Shown: positions 1 through 10,161 of the stretch, one piece after another
Layout of the letters: the number at the start of each line of letters is the position of its first letter
Numbering within the stretch: the stretch's first letter is position 1
Origin: Candidatus Babelota bacterium
GTDB lineage: Bacteria > Babelota > Babeliae > Babelales > Vermiphilaceae
Length of the DNA: 64,000 nucleotides
Direction of reading: 5' to 3'
NCBI GenBank assembly: GCA_049325595.1
Contig: JBMOLF010000007.1
Location: forward strand, 32,001-96,000
The notes under the pieces: generated by a model
What the model was told of the DNA's origin: nothing
Database searches by the model: none
Seen by the model: only the letters and a program-made list of their open reading frames with translations
Translations under genes and position numbers: made by a program

Positions 1-1467
1 AGCCATGTTGGTGGCAATAGTAACACGACCAGGTTCACCAGCATGTGCTACAATTTCTGCTTCACGGGCATGGTTTTTTGCATTAAGCACTTCGTGCGGA
101 ATGCCGTTGGCCGTAAGTATTTGGCTTAATAATTCTGACTTTTCGATTGCAATGGTACCAATCAAAACTGGCTGACGTTTTTCATAACGCTCTTTAATAT
201 CTTTTACAATTGCTTCGTATTTTGCTTGGTTTGATAAGAATATTAAATCAGGTTTATCAAGACGAATCATTGGGCGATTGGTTGGTACTGAAACAACATC
301 GAGCTTGTAAATTTTGTAAAACTCTTCAGCCTCGGTCATAGCAGTACCTGTCATACCAGCAAGCTTTTTGTACAATCTAAAATAATTTTGTAAAGTAATG
401 GCAGCAAGAGTTTGACTTTCTTTTTCAATCTCAACGCGCTCTTTTGCTTCGATTGCTTGGTGCAAGCCATCGCTGTATCGTCTACCAGACAATATACGCC
501 CCGTAAACTCATCAACAATTAAAACTTCGCCATCCATTACTGCATAGTCAACATCACGTTTAAAAATAACATGCGCGCGTAATGCTTGATGAATGTGATG
601 TAATAAATTTAAATGCTCAATAGCATACAGATTAGTGATTCGCAATGCCTGTTCAATTTTATCATTACCACTTTCGGTGAGTTGTACCGTGCGCGCTTTT
701 TCATCAACTTCAAAATCAGTATCGCGGCTTAAGCGGCGTACTATTTGATCGGCAATAACATAGAGTTTGCCTTCTTCGTCAGTTGCGCCGGAGATAATCA
801 GAGGTGTACGAGCTTCATCAATTAAAATTGAGTCAACTTCATCGACGATTGCATAATTTAGATCACGTTGCACATAATCTTCTAATCTAAATTTCATATT
901 GTCGCGTAGATAGTCAAAACCAAATTGGCTATTGGTTCCATATAGAATATCGCAGGCATATTGCTTTTTGCGTTCTTCATCATTCATATCATGTTGCAAG
1001 CAACCAACAGAAAGCCCTAAGAAATTAAATATTGGAGACATCCACTCTGAGTCACGACGCGCAAGATAATCATTAACGGTAACTAAGTGTGCGCCTTTAC
1101 CCTCAAGAGCATTAAGATACAATGGTAATGTTGCTGTGAGCGTTTTACCTTCACCAGTTTTCATTTCAGAAATTTTACCTTGATGCAAAACAATACCACC
1201 AATGAGTTGTACATCAAAATGGCGCTGGCCCAGCTTACGTTTTGATACTTCACGTACTACTGCAAATGCTTCGGGCAAAATATCATTAAGCGTTTTGCCT
1301 TGTGCTAATTGTTCTCTAAATTCATTTGTTTTTGCAGCTAACTCAGCGTCATTTAAGCTGCTTATATGCCCTTCAAAATTGTTAATTTTGTCTACTAATG
1401 GTTTGATGAGCCTCAATTGTCGGGCGTTGTTTGTTCCAAGAACCAGAGCCAATATGCGCGCAATCAT
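1..1467 (-). CDS. secA: Preprotein translocase ATPase SecA, N-terminal 489 aa; runs off the window start
   Basis: Own translation of the minus strand from ATG at 1467 (GGAAGGA upstream): [18 protein letters not shown]...[10 protein letters not shown]...[10 protein letters not shown]...[10 protein letters not shown]...[11 protein letters not shown]...[21 protein letters not shown]...IATNMA. Absent from the ORF track because it has no stop in the window. Confidence 0.97.
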   Translation of the reverse strand, partial: MIARILALVLGTNNARQLRLIKPLVDKINNFEGHISSLNDAELAAKTNEFREQLAQGKTLNDILPEAFAVVREVSKRKLGQRHFDVQLIGGIVLHQGKISEMKTGEGKTLTATLPLYLNALEGKGAHLVTVNDYLARRDSEWMSPIFNFLGLSVGCLQHDMNDEERKKQYACDILYGTNSQFGFDYLRDNMKFRLEDYVQRDLNYAIVDEVDSILIDEARTPLIISGATDEEGKLYVIADQIVRRLSRDTDFEVDEKARTVQLTESGNDKIEQALRITNLYAIEHLNLLHHIHQALRAHVIFKRDVDYAVMDGEVLIVDEFTGRILSGRRYSDGLHQAIEAKERVEIEKESQTLAAITLQNYFRLYKKLAGMTGTAMTEAEEFYKIYKLDVVSVPTNRPMIRLDKPDLIFLSNQAKYEAIVKDIKERYEKRQPVLIGTIAIEKSELLSQILTANGIPHEVLNAKNHAREAEIVAHAGEPGRVTIATNMA

Positions 1468-1577
1468 TAAAGATCCTTCCAGCACTAATTTGCATCGTTA
1501 TCAAGCAGATAATCTATCACAGCCAATGTAACATAAAAGCTGCTATGCCTCAACCATTGGCACTTTTGAAAATCGCA

Positions 1578-2294
1578 TTAGCATGCGATGCTTACAACGC
1601 TCATTTGTCGAGCTGTGTTTTTGTCTCGGCGGTATGAGCAAAATTGAGTATTGCACATAGTGCATATATTATACTCGGTAAATATGTGGTGTTTGGATAT
1701 ACCAAATTCATATAATTGCTCGATATTGTATTGGGTGTTATCAAAAAATAATTTTTCCTGACGGGTTTTAAAAACTAAATTATGATATTTTGTTGGAATG
1801 TTTTGCGCAAAATCTTCTTGTACTTCATAGCAACACGGCTTTGCTGCTGGGCCAAAAATAACGGTTACATCTTCCAGTGAAGTTGCACATATTTTTTGCA
1901 AGTGCTCAAGTGTATGAATTACAATTTTTTGTACCGATCCGCGCCAACCAGCATGAACAACAGCGCATGCATTATGTTTGGTATCTAAGATGATAATGGG
2001 CAAACAATCAGCAGACATAACACCAATGCCTACCTGTGGTATTTGGGTAATTAAGTAATCGCCTTTTAAATTAAACGCTGGCGTTTGAAGAAATTTAGAA
2101 GTTACTACGTGCCCATCTATGCCATGAACTTGATGCGAAAACATTACATGTTTAATGGAGAGTTTATTTTTAAGATGTGAAAATGATGGTAAAGATAATA
2201 AATTTGGCTGATTAAGATTTAAATAATAATCAGTTGTTAAATTGTCTGATTTATCACCAAAATAAATATTAAATTGTTTGTGCTGAATAATCAT
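1578..2294 (-). CDS. pgeF: Peptidoglycan editing factor PgeF/YfiH (laccase-domain purine nucleoside phosphorylase family)
   Basis: Motifs HQVHG, GDYLIT, SADCLPI, HAGWRG, GPAAKPCCYEV, CTMC..SYRR. Start MIIQHK at 2294 preferred over the track start at 2345. Confidence 0.9.
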   Translation of the reverse strand: MIIQHKQFNIYFGDKSDNLTTDYYLNLNQPNLLSLPSFSHLKNKLSIKHVMFSHQVHGIDGHVVTSKFLQTPAFNLKGDYLITQIPQVGIGVMSADCLPIIILDTKHNACAVVHAGWRGSVQKIVIHTLEHLQKICATSLEDVTVIFGPAAKPCCYEVQEDFAQNIPTKYHNLVFKTRQEKLFFDNTQYNIEQLYEFGISKHHIFTEYNICTMCNTQFCSYRRDKNTARQMSVVSIAC

Positions 2295-2399
2295 GAAAAA
2301 CCTTATTTTTTTCTTATTAACATAATGTTTTTTCTTGCAAGACACTAGCCTCTACATGGTATAATTTCTAATAGAAATAAACCTAGGGGGAGATTTACT

Positions 2400-2795
2400 A
2401 TGAAAAAATTATTATTAATAGCATTAAGCTTAGTAAGCTTACAAGTTATTGCCGACGATATAATTAAAAAACCAACCTTAGCATTGTCGCGCAGCGCAGA
2501 ATTAGAAGCAGCTGAGCGCGGCATAGAATTAATCGAAAACAATGATCTTGTTTCTTTAGAACGAATGTTAGCAGGTGGTTATAGTGCAAATTTAAAAGAT
2601 GAAAGAGGGTTATCGTTAGCTGAAGTGGCGGTAATTAACGGAAATATTCCGGCATTACAATTGCTCAAACGTTATGGCGCAGATTTTACGGGGCTATTAG
2701 GTTATGCCATTAAATTGAATGATGTTTTTAAAGATGAACAAACACAAAAAGCTATCGATTATCTTAAACAGACTGGCTGGTCGGTAGTTGATTAA
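2400..2795 (+). CDS. Exported short ankyrin-repeat protein (tandem array member 1)
   Basis: Signal peptide MKKLLLIALSLVSLQVIA; ankyrin-like SLAEVAVINGNIPALQLLKRYGAD; RBS GGGGAG. Confidence 0.75.
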   Translation: MKKLLLIALSLVSLQVIADDIIKKPTLALSRSAELEAAERGIELIENNDLVSLERMLAGGYSANLKDERGLSLAEVAVINGNIPALQLLKRYGADFTGLLGYAIKLNDVFKDEQTQKAIDYLKQTGWSVVD

Positions 2796-2825
2796 TAAAA
2801 ATTACTTTTTATTGGAGAATAAAAC

Positions 2826-3569
2826 ATGAAGAAATTGTTATTGCTGGGCCTAAACTTGATAAGCTTATCATGTTTTAGTATGGAAAAAGCGCAGCAACCA
2901 TTTCCATGGCAAGAATTACCATTAGATGTACAAAGGCTAATTATAGTTCCGGCAGCAACAAGAATAAATGAGATAGTGTCACAATCTAAAAATATTTCTG
3001 AATTAATCACTGAATTTAAACAATTTATAAATCAAATAAGTACTTTACGATTGGTAAATAAAGATTTATTAAATAAATTTGGTTATGGTAATTTACAAAA
3101 AATTACGAATGACTTTTTGGATGCCCTCAACAAAAAATTTCCAGGTCAGGAAGTGCGTATTGCACGTGCGCTCAATAATGAATATGCAAAAGAATGGTTA
3201 AAAAGCATAAATCCAGAAGTAAGTTATAAAATAATTCGTCCTTCTATTAAAGATGCTGATCAAGCTTCAAAATACATTGTCAAAGGCAAATTGCAAGAAT
3301 TAGAAAGTTGGCTTAATAAAGGCTTTGATCCTAATGCTATCGATTCTGAGTCAATGAGTTTACTAGGCGCTGCTATTAGTAATAGATCGCTACCAACTAT
3401 TAAATTATTAATAAAGTATGGAGCAAATAGTAATGAATATATCCCCTATTATGATTTCAAGGCTTTGGGGTATGCCAAATATTTAAGAGATAGCGTATAT
3501 GGTTACAATCCTAAATTAAAACAAGAAATGGATGCCATCATTACTTACCTTGAATCGCTAGAACAATAA
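2826..3569 (+). CDS. Exported ankyrin protein with F-box-like N-terminus (array member 2)
   Basis: Signal peptide then MEK; WQELPLDVQRLII; FPGQEVRIARALNNEYAKEWL; WLNKGFDPNA..SLLGAAIS..IKLLIKYGANSN. Confidence 0.8.
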   Translation: MKKLLLLGLNLISLSCFSMEKAQQPFPWQELPLDVQRLIIVPAATRINEIVSQSKNISELITEFKQFINQISTLRLVNKDLLNKFGYGNLQKITNDFLDALNKKFPGQEVRIARALNNEYAKEWLKSINPEVSYKIIRPSIKDADQASKYIVKGKLQELESWLNKGFDPNAIDSESMSLLGAAISNRSLPTIKLLIKYGANSNEYIPYYDFKALGYAKYLRDSVYGYNPKLKQEMDAIITYLESLEQ

Positions 3570-3604
3570 CTTAGATGTTTGTTTTTTGCTTAAGGGCTAA
3601 GAGT

Positions 3605-4315
3605 ATGATGAAAAAAATAGTATTTATATTTCTTTCAGTGCCTATTTTTCATATAACTGGCATGGAGCAAAACCAACCAACTTACCCATTAAATGAACTA
3701 CCGGCAGATATGCAGCAGGTAATATTGCTCAACATGTCAGCAGCTGCGGCATCTCAAGCGGAAAATGTTATTGCAGCGGTGCAAGCATTTAAAAAACTAG
3801 GTAATGTAAGTAAATTTTTTATGAGCAAAGCCAGTGTATTTAATTTCTTAAATGCTGCTAAAGAAAAATTCTTGGGGCAGGAAGGGAGAATAGCTCGCTT
3901 ACTTAACAATGAATATGCAAAAGAATGGTTAAAAAATATTAAACCTGAGCTTAAGCGTTATAAAATGCGCTATCCAAATCAAAAAGAACTTTTTGCTGCA
4001 ACAAATTTTATTAAAAAAAATCAACTTGATTTATTAAAGCAATGGCTTGATCAAGGATTTGATCCTAATGCAATAGGAACTGAAGGTCCCTTGATTTTTA
4101 TTGCCATACGGCATCACCATCTAGAGGCGGTAAAGCTTTTAGTTTCTTATGGATTAGATATTAACCTAGGATACCGAGAATTTTTTACCGATCCTCAGCC
4201 GCAAACACCACTGCAATTTGCACAGCAACAAATAAATCAAAATGTTAACAATCCAGCTGTTGTGCAAGTTTTTGAAGAAATTGATGCCTATTTGCGTGCA
4301 AATGGTGCTTTCTAA
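3605..4315 (+). CDS. Exported ankyrin protein with F-box-like N-terminus (array member 3)
   Basis: MMKKIVFIFL...TGMEQ; LNELPADMQQVILL; FLGQEGRIARLLNNEYAKEWL; WLDQGFDPNA; VKLLVSYGLDIN. Confidence 0.8.
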   Translation: MMKKIVFIFLSVPIFHITGMEQNQPTYPLNELPADMQQVILLNMSAAAASQAENVIAAVQAFKKLGNVSKFFMSKASVFNFLNAAKEKFLGQEGRIARLLNNEYAKEWLKNIKPELKRYKMRYPNQKELFAATNFIKKNQLDLLKQWLDQGFDPNAIGTEGPLIFIAIRHHHLEAVKLLVSYGLDINLGYREFFTDPQPQTPLQFAQQQINQNVNNPAVVQVFEEIDAYLRANGAF

Positions 4316-4476
4316 GTAGAAGTGATTTTTATCAATAAAAATACGCTTTAAGTGTCATTTAAATTAATTATTAATCTAATTTTTTCATTGAAAACATAGA
4401 TTCAACTTTGTTAAAATTTTAATAATAGAAAATATTAAATTTTTTATAAAAACATATAGGGAATTGGTAGTTTTCA

Positions 4477-5235
4477 ATGAAGAAAGTAATAATATTAATC
4501 ATGATGATAATGCCCATAATCGGCATGGAAAAACAGTCCGAGCAATTTATTTTTGAAGAATTGCCGCTGGATATGCAAAAATTAATTGCAGTTTCACCGC
4601 AACAAAAAATACGAGAAATAATTACGACATCAAAAAATATTTCTGATGCAGTTGCGCAATTTAAAGACTTTTTGAATCAAGTGCTTACGCTGAGATCGGT
4701 AAGTAAATCAATATTAGAAAAATTTGGTTATGCTGATTTAAAACAAATTGTTTTTACTTTCCTTGATGAATTAAATAAACAATTTTCTGTTCAAAATATG
4801 CCTCTTGAAATTGATCAAAGTGTGCGTATTGCAAATTTATTAAAAAATAATCAATTGGCACAGCAATGGCTTACTGAAAGACGTAGAAAAATTGGATTGG
4901 CTCCTTATATCCCTATTCGGACAGAATCAGATAAAATAAGTGAGGCGATTCTGTTTATTGCCAATAGTAATTTGCAAGACTTAAAGCAATGGTTAGATGC
5001 AGGATATGATCCTCATCGTTTATTGACTAGTGCAATAGTTTCTGGTGATTTACCAGCGCTTAAATTATTAATAGCGTATGGAGCAAATATAAATCATCAA
5101 GTTCGTATCGGAATGCGAAATAAATTATTGCTCTCATATGTCAAAGAGTTAAAAACAAGAACTGAGAACGAAGAATTACGTAGTAAATATTTAGATATTA
5201 TCGCTTATCTTGAATCGGAAGGCGCACAAGAATAA
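4477..5235 (+). CDS. Exported ankyrin protein with F-box-like N-terminus (array member 4)
   Basis: Signal peptide then GMEK; FEELPLDMQKLI; VRIANLL; WLDAGYDP; LKLLIAYGANIN. Confidence 0.8.
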   Translation: MKKVIILIMMIMPIIGMEKQSEQFIFEELPLDMQKLIAVSPQQKIREIITTSKNISDAVAQFKDFLNQVLTLRSVSKSILEKFGYADLKQIVFTFLDELNKQFSVQNMPLEIDQSVRIANLLKNNQLAQQWLTERRRKIGLAPYIPIRTESDKISEAILFIANSNLQDLKQWLDAGYDPHRLLTSAIVSGDLPALKLLIAYGANINHQVRIGMRNKLLLSYVKELKTRTENEELRSKYLDIIAYLESEGAQE

Positions 5236-5251
5236 ATATAAGGAGGGGGAT

Positions 5252-5929
5252 ATGAAAAGTATATTTTTTACTGCTTTAATACTTATTACTAATTTAACAA
5301 TTGGTATGGAAAAAGATCAGCCCTTTCCAAATAGGGCTGTTAATACTGATACAGAAAGCACAATTATAAAGCTTGTTAATAATGCTAAAAATCCACTAGA
5401 AGCGATACAAGCATTTAAAAATCTTTTAGTTTCTAAAGAACTGATTACCAATGATAGTAACATATTTAATTTTCTTGCACGGGCTCGTAATAAATTTCCT
5501 GATCAAGAAGTACGTATGGCACGATTATTAAATAATGATTATGCAAAACTTTGGCTTAGTAAAATAAAACCAGCTTTAGAAAGCTATGAATTAATGGAAC
5601 CAAGTAAGTTAGAGCTTAATAAAGCATTTAGTTATATAGAGAAACGACAAATACCACTATTAGCACAATGGCTTAATAAGGGCTTTGATCCTAATGCCCG
5701 CAATGAAGACATGTCGTTACTTTATAAGGCAATAAAATTTGGTGATTTAGATGCTATTAAACAATTAATTAGCTATGGCGCTGATGTTAATCAACCATAT
5801 AATCCAAATTCACCTAATAGACAAACTCCTTTGGGATTAATAACAATTTATCGAAACTTGGGCCTTGGTAATGGTCAAGTTTACCAATTAATTGCTGATT
5901 ATTTAAAAAGTCAGGGAGCAGTCGAATAA
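5252..5929 (+). CDS. Exported ankyrin protein (array member 5)
   Basis: Start MKSIFF after a strong AGGAGG RBS; GMEK; FPDQEVRMARLLNNDYAKLWL; WLNKGFDPNA; IKQLISYGADVN. Confidence 0.8.
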   Translation: MKSIFFTALILITNLTIGMEKDQPFPNRAVNTDTESTIIKLVNNAKNPLEAIQAFKNLLVSKELITNDSNIFNFLARARNKFPDQEVRMARLLNNDYAKLWLSKIKPALESYELMEPSKLELNKAFSYIEKRQIPLLAQWLNKGFDPNARNEDMSLLYKAIKFGDLDAIKQLISYGADVNQPYNPNSPNRQTPLGLITIYRNLGLGNGQVYQLIADYLKSQGAVE

Positions 5930-6021
5930 AAAGCACATTACTTATATAACTTGAAAAAGAATTCTCAATTAAAAAATTGAGAATTATATGTGTGCCGAAG
6001 ACTCAGTAAAAGGGAAAAACG

Positions 6022-6765
6022 ATGTCAAAAAGTTGGCAAATTATCTTTATATCTTGGCTATCATTTTTTCAATTGATTGGTATGGAAAAAAATCCACCCG
6101 AAGCTGACAATTTTTATTTAAGATTGTCTGACAAGGTTATTCAACAAAAAATTGTTGATGAAATTATTGCTACTTCGAATAATGTTCCTGATGCAGTGCA
6201 AGCTTTTATTATGCAATTTGGCCGGCAATTACACATAAATAATAAATTTAACGATAAACATAATCAAGCAGTTGTTTTTGTTTTTCTTAATAATTTATCA
6301 AAAAAATTTCCCAATCAAGAATTGCTCATTACTAGGTTATTGTACCCAGAATATCAGGCAATACAGCACTGGTATTATAGACAAAAAAATCGTAAGCGAA
6401 AAATTCCACTTGTTTTACAGCCAACTGATAAAAAACAGCTAAACAATGCTCTTTTATTTATTGAAGCCAATAATATTCCCGAGCTACATGTCTGGCTAAA
6501 AATGGGCCATGATCCCAATGCCCCAATTAAAGATGGTTCATTGCTTACTCAAGCAATCAGCAAGGGAAGTATTGAAATGGTGCATTTATTAGTTTTGTAT
6601 GGAGCTGATTTATATAGTCTTATAGATATTCCTGGGTATAGATTTCGGGGAACACCTTATGAGTTTTTATTGCACTTGTTAGATAAAACTAATGGAGTTT
6701 ATAAACAACAACTAAATGCTTTAAAAGATTATTTTAACCAGTTAATTAATGTTACGAATGGATAA
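6022..6765 (+). CDS. Exported ankyrin protein (array member 6)
   Basis: Signal peptide then GMEK; FLNNLSKKFPNQE; WLKMGHDPNA; VHLLVLYGADL. Confidence 0.78.
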   Translation: MSKSWQIIFISWLSFFQLIGMEKNPPEADNFYLRLSDKVIQQKIVDEIIATSNNVPDAVQAFIMQFGRQLHINNKFNDKHNQAVVFVFLNNLSKKFPNQELLITRLLYPEYQAIQHWYYRQKNRKRKIPLVLQPTDKKQLNNALLFIEANNIPELHVWLKMGHDPNAPIKDGSLLTQAISKGSIEMVHLLVLYGADLYSLIDIPGYRFRGTPYEFLLHLLDKTNGVYKQQLNALKDYFNQLINVTNG

Positions 6766-6777
6766 GGAATTAAGAAA

Positions 6778-8166
6778 ATGAAGATAAAATTTTTATTGTG
6801 CTCATTAATGTTTGCAATAGGCTCTTACGCCTATGCAAGCGAATCTGCTGAAAAAGAGCAAGAAATGCGTTCATATGTTCAAAAATCAAAAAGTTATCGC
6901 GGGGCAGTTGCTGGTTTAAAGGCTGCCGGTATTGAGTTAAATACTAAAGAAGAAACCTTTTTATTTTTAAATGAATTGCACAAAAGATTCCCTTATGTTG
7001 GTAAAAAAGTATTGGTTAAGTTACTAAGTAATAATAAATTTGCTCAAGAATGGTTACAAATAGAACCTGAAAAGCCAGTTGTCGAGCAAAAAATTATTGG
7101 CCAAACACCTGAAGAAAAAATAACTTCTCTCGTGTCACAATCACTCAACATAGGAACGGCCTTAAATTTATTTAAAGAGTTAGGATACGACAAAAATCAA
7201 GAACTTATTAAAATTTTTTTTAATAAATTAAATGAAAAGTTTCCTGAACAAGAAGTTCGTATTGCACGATCAATAAAATCAGATGCTTCTCGAGAATGGT
7301 TAAAGCAAATAAAACCAGCTGTTATTTATGATTATATCCCAAGATCAGGCTATGAAGAACTCCTGGAATTGTATGAGCAAGCGTATGGCGATTACTCTAA
7401 AATAGAAGAATGGCTCTCGCGTGGATTTGATCCCAACATAATTTTGCAAGAATCATTAAGTTTGGTAGATCCAGAATTATTAAAATTAGCAGTTTATTAT
7501 GGCGCAGATATAAATAGAATTGCTTACCCAGTTCCTGAAGTTGTCGCTATGTATGGGCATGTAAGTTCTCCCCTGTCTCGGTTAAAGCTCATAAATAAGC
7601 AAGTATCAGATCCTATGCGTGGAGGAACAGATCCTGATTTTCTAGAACGATTACAAAAAATGATTCGCTTTTTAGAGCAAGAAGGGGCCGTTGCAAAAAA
7701 CACGAGAACCGAAGAAATAATTCCATTTTTTACTTTAACGCCAAAAATGCTAACTGCATTAGAACAATATGATATTATCACAGCCGATGAAAATAGAGAT
7801 AACCGTCTGCGTGAATATCTAAAAGCAGGAAATGATGTTAATGCTTTATTTTTTATCGCTTTGCAACGCGACGATTTAGCATTATTTGATTTTGCTCTTA
7901 AAAATGGCGCCCATGTAAACTTGTCGGTGATGAACGATGAAGAAAGTTCACTTCCTTCTAGTATTACACCCTTAACTTATTTGCTGCAAAAGAAGTTCTT
8001 TTATGAAAATGAACCAGAAAAATATAATGCAACTCAACAAGCTATTATAAATATTAATGAAATGATACGACAATTGCGCGAAAAAGGAGGAACCATTACA
8101 TCGCTTAGAAGAAATCCTAATTATATTACCTCCTTATATTATGCCGATTATCAACTATACGAATAA
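6778..8166 (+). CDS. Exported ankyrin protein with duplicated family domain (array member 7)
   Basis: Signal peptide; two copies of the family motif (FLNELHKRFP...QEWL and FFNKLNEKFPEQEVRIARSI...EWL); two ankyrin modules. Confidence 0.78.
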   Translation: MKIKFLLCSLMFAIGSYAYASESAEKEQEMRSYVQKSKSYRGAVAGLKAAGIELNTKEETFLFLNELHKRFPYVGKKVLVKLLSNNKFAQEWLQIEPEKPVVEQKIIGQTPEEKITSLVSQSLNIGTALNLFKELGYDKNQELIKIFFNKLNEKFPEQEVRIARSIKSDASREWLKQIKPAVIYDYIPRSGYEELLELYEQAYGDYSKIEEWLSRGFDPNIILQESLSLVDPELLKLAVYYGADINRIAYPVPEVVAMYGHVSSPLSRLKLINKQVSDPMRGGTDPDFLERLQKMIRFLEQEGAVAKNTRTEEIIPFFTLTPKMLTALEQYDIITADENRDNRLREYLKAGNDVNALFFIALQRDDLALFDFALKNGAHVNLSVMNDEESSLPSSITPLTYLLQKKFFYENEPEKYNATQQAIININEMIRQLREKGGTITSLRRNPNYITSLYYADYQLYE

Positions 8167-8183
8167 AAAAGAGAGGGATAATT

Positions 8184-8915
8184 ATGATTTTTATATATGT
8201 GTTATTGGTGTTGATGTCTTTATTTGATATTAATGCTGCTGAATTGCCTTTTGAAAGCGAACAACCAATTATTGCGACATTGAGCGATAAAGTAGTTCAA
8301 CAACAGCTTATTAAACAAATTGTTGATAACTCATCGAATGTGATTGGGGCTATACAGAAGTTTAAAGATTTTTTTGTATCAGCGCTTAACCTTTCGTCTA
8401 AACAGATGGATGTAAAAGCGCTTGTTTTTAATTTTTTAAATGCTCTGTCAGCTAAATATCCTAATCAAGAAGTGAGAATAGCCTTATTATTGGATGTTCC
8501 TTTAGCAGATGAATGGTTGCGTATAAAAAAACCTACCTATAGCCCAAAAAAATACGATGTGGGAACAGCTCAACAAGCAGTTCAGTTTATTATGACTAAA
8601 AACTACGACAAACTTAAGCAATGGTTAGACGAGGGTAATCAACCTGATAGGGTTTTAAAAGCAGCACTTATTTTTAAAAACTTAACAGCACTTAAAATGG
8701 CAATTGCCTATGGTGCACAGATTAACCGAGCTAAGTTATTTATGAGTGAAAAAGTATTAGGAACACCGCTGGATTATATTAATGCTGAGATTAAGAAAAA
8801 TAACCAACTTATAGAATCTAATAAGTTAGGAATTGACCCAGCGCTATTAGACGCTTTAAAAAATTATCTGGTAGAACAGGGAGCTGTTAGTAGTAAAGAC
8901 CTATATCAAGAATAA
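8184..8915 (+). CDS. Exported ankyrin protein (array member 8)
   Basis: Signal peptide; FLNALSAKYPNQEVRIALLL; WLDEGNQPD; LKMAIAYGAQIN; YLVEQGA. Confidence 0.78.
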   Translation: MIFIYVLLVLMSLFDINAAELPFESEQPIIATLSDKVVQQQLIKQIVDNSSNVIGAIQKFKDFFVSALNLSSKQMDVKALVFNFLNALSAKYPNQEVRIALLLDVPLADEWLRIKKPTYSPKKYDVGTAQQAVQFIMTKNYDKLKQWLDEGNQPDRVLKAALIFKNLTALKMAIAYGAQINRAKLFMSEKVLGTPLDYINAEIKKNNQLIESNKLGIDPALLDALKNYLVEQGAVSSKDLYQE

Positions 8916-8940
8916 ATTTATAATACTGAAATTTGATCAC

Positions 8941-8976
8941 AAAAATAAAAAAGGGGCTGCACAATATGCAGCCCCT
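8941..8976. terminator. Intrinsic terminator between convergent genes
   Basis: AGGGGCTGCA-caata-TGCAGCCCCT hairpin preceded by an A-tract (U-tract for the minus strand). Confidence 0.8.
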
Positions 8977-8981
8977 GTCGA

Positions 8982-10091
8982 TTATAATTTAACGGTTACA
9001 TATAAATCTGCTGTTGCAGTAGACTCATATTGTTTCTTTTTTTCAAGTTTAACTTTTTCAGCTTCAAGGCGATTTTTTTCACGCTCGATTTTATTTTTCT
9101 CTTTCATGGCTGCAAGTTGTGCAGCTTGAAGAGCCAATTCTTTTTCTGCTAATTCTAACTTTTCTCGTTCAATTTTTTCTTTTTCATAAGCAATTACTTC
9201 TGCAGTATATGATGGATCTGCTGCAATAATACCCTTTACAAAAGTGAGTTGGTTTTTAAGGTCTATGCACCAGCGAATTCGTTGCGGATAATCGCCCACC
9301 ATTGCAAGTTGATTGGATAAGCGTGAAATATTTCTACCCAAGGCATCCACATAATTTTTAAGTGGATATTTTTGTGAACCGCCAGACATTGCTTGTACTT
9401 TAAGCAGAGCAAGGCATGTTGCTAAGTCAGTATGATGATGAGTAACAATGTTGATCTCATTTACATAGTGCTTTCTAATTTCTGCCTCTAATTCAAACAA
9501 GCTGAAATAAAACTGGTGTGATTTAAAGAAAGTATACAATTGTTGATAGAGTGGTAATTCCTGGTACAATTGCTCTGCCAATTCTTTAAAAGCAGACAAT
9601 TCTCTTTGTGCTTGATGATCAATATAATTTTTAGATTGTATTGATTTAATGCGCTTAGCTATTTTCTTATCAAGGTCTACTAGATGCTCTATTTGGTTAT
9701 TCAGGCTATAGATAAAATTTGCAAAGTTATTATGAGGATGGGTGATGGTATGATAATCAGCAATATGATACAGTTGCTCTTCAGTTGCTGGCAAATAATT
9801 TTTTAGGTAATGAGTATCTGCTTTTAAAATGCCTTCCGAAAGCAAATAATTTATACATTGGCTATATTCTTTTTCAGTATAAGAAAGAGTTTTGTGGGCA
9901 TCATCGATAATAGATTGATTTTTTTCATCAAACCATCCAAGCAAAGCACCGATACCTAAACCTGCCATCGCAGCGCCACCAACAATAAGTCCCCCAATAA
10001 CATAGGGATTTTCTTCAGTGCGGGTAGAAGTGGCAGGAAGGACAATTCCGCCTAAGATAAATGCTAATGCCAATTTCTTACGATAAACCAT
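8982..10091 (-). CDS. Hypothetical exported or membrane-anchored helical protein with C-terminal coiled coil
   Basis: Start MVYRKK with AGGAG RBS; signal peptide plus Gly-rich hydrophobic segment; EKEKIEREK-type coiled-coil tail. Confidence 0.7.
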   Translation of the reverse strand: MVYRKKLALAFILGGIVLPATSTRTEENPYVIGGLIVGGAAMAGLGIGALLGWFDEKNQSIIDDAHKTLSYTEKEYSQCINYLLSEGILKADTHYLKNYLPATEEQLYHIADYHTITHPHNNFANFIYSLNNQIEHLVDLDKKIAKRIKSIQSKNYIDHQAQRELSAFKELAEQLYQELPLYQQLYTFFKSHQFYFSLFELEAEIRKHYVNEINIVTHHHTDLATCLALLKVQAMSGGSQKYPLKNYVDALGRNISRLSNQLAMVGDYPQRIRWCIDLKNQLTFVKGIIAADPSYTAEVIAYEKEKIEREKLELAEKELALQAAQLAAMKEKNKIEREKNRLEAEKVKLEKKKQYESTATADLYVTVKL

Positions 10092-10161
10092 AGAGAACTC
10101 CTGGTTGAAAGGTAAAATATACATATAGCATAGCAAATCATAATTTTTTTTCAAAAATTGC

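Noticed and set aside
1202..1637. Plus-strand ORFs 1202-1531 and 1431-1637
   Set aside because: Antisense shadows of secA and pgeF.
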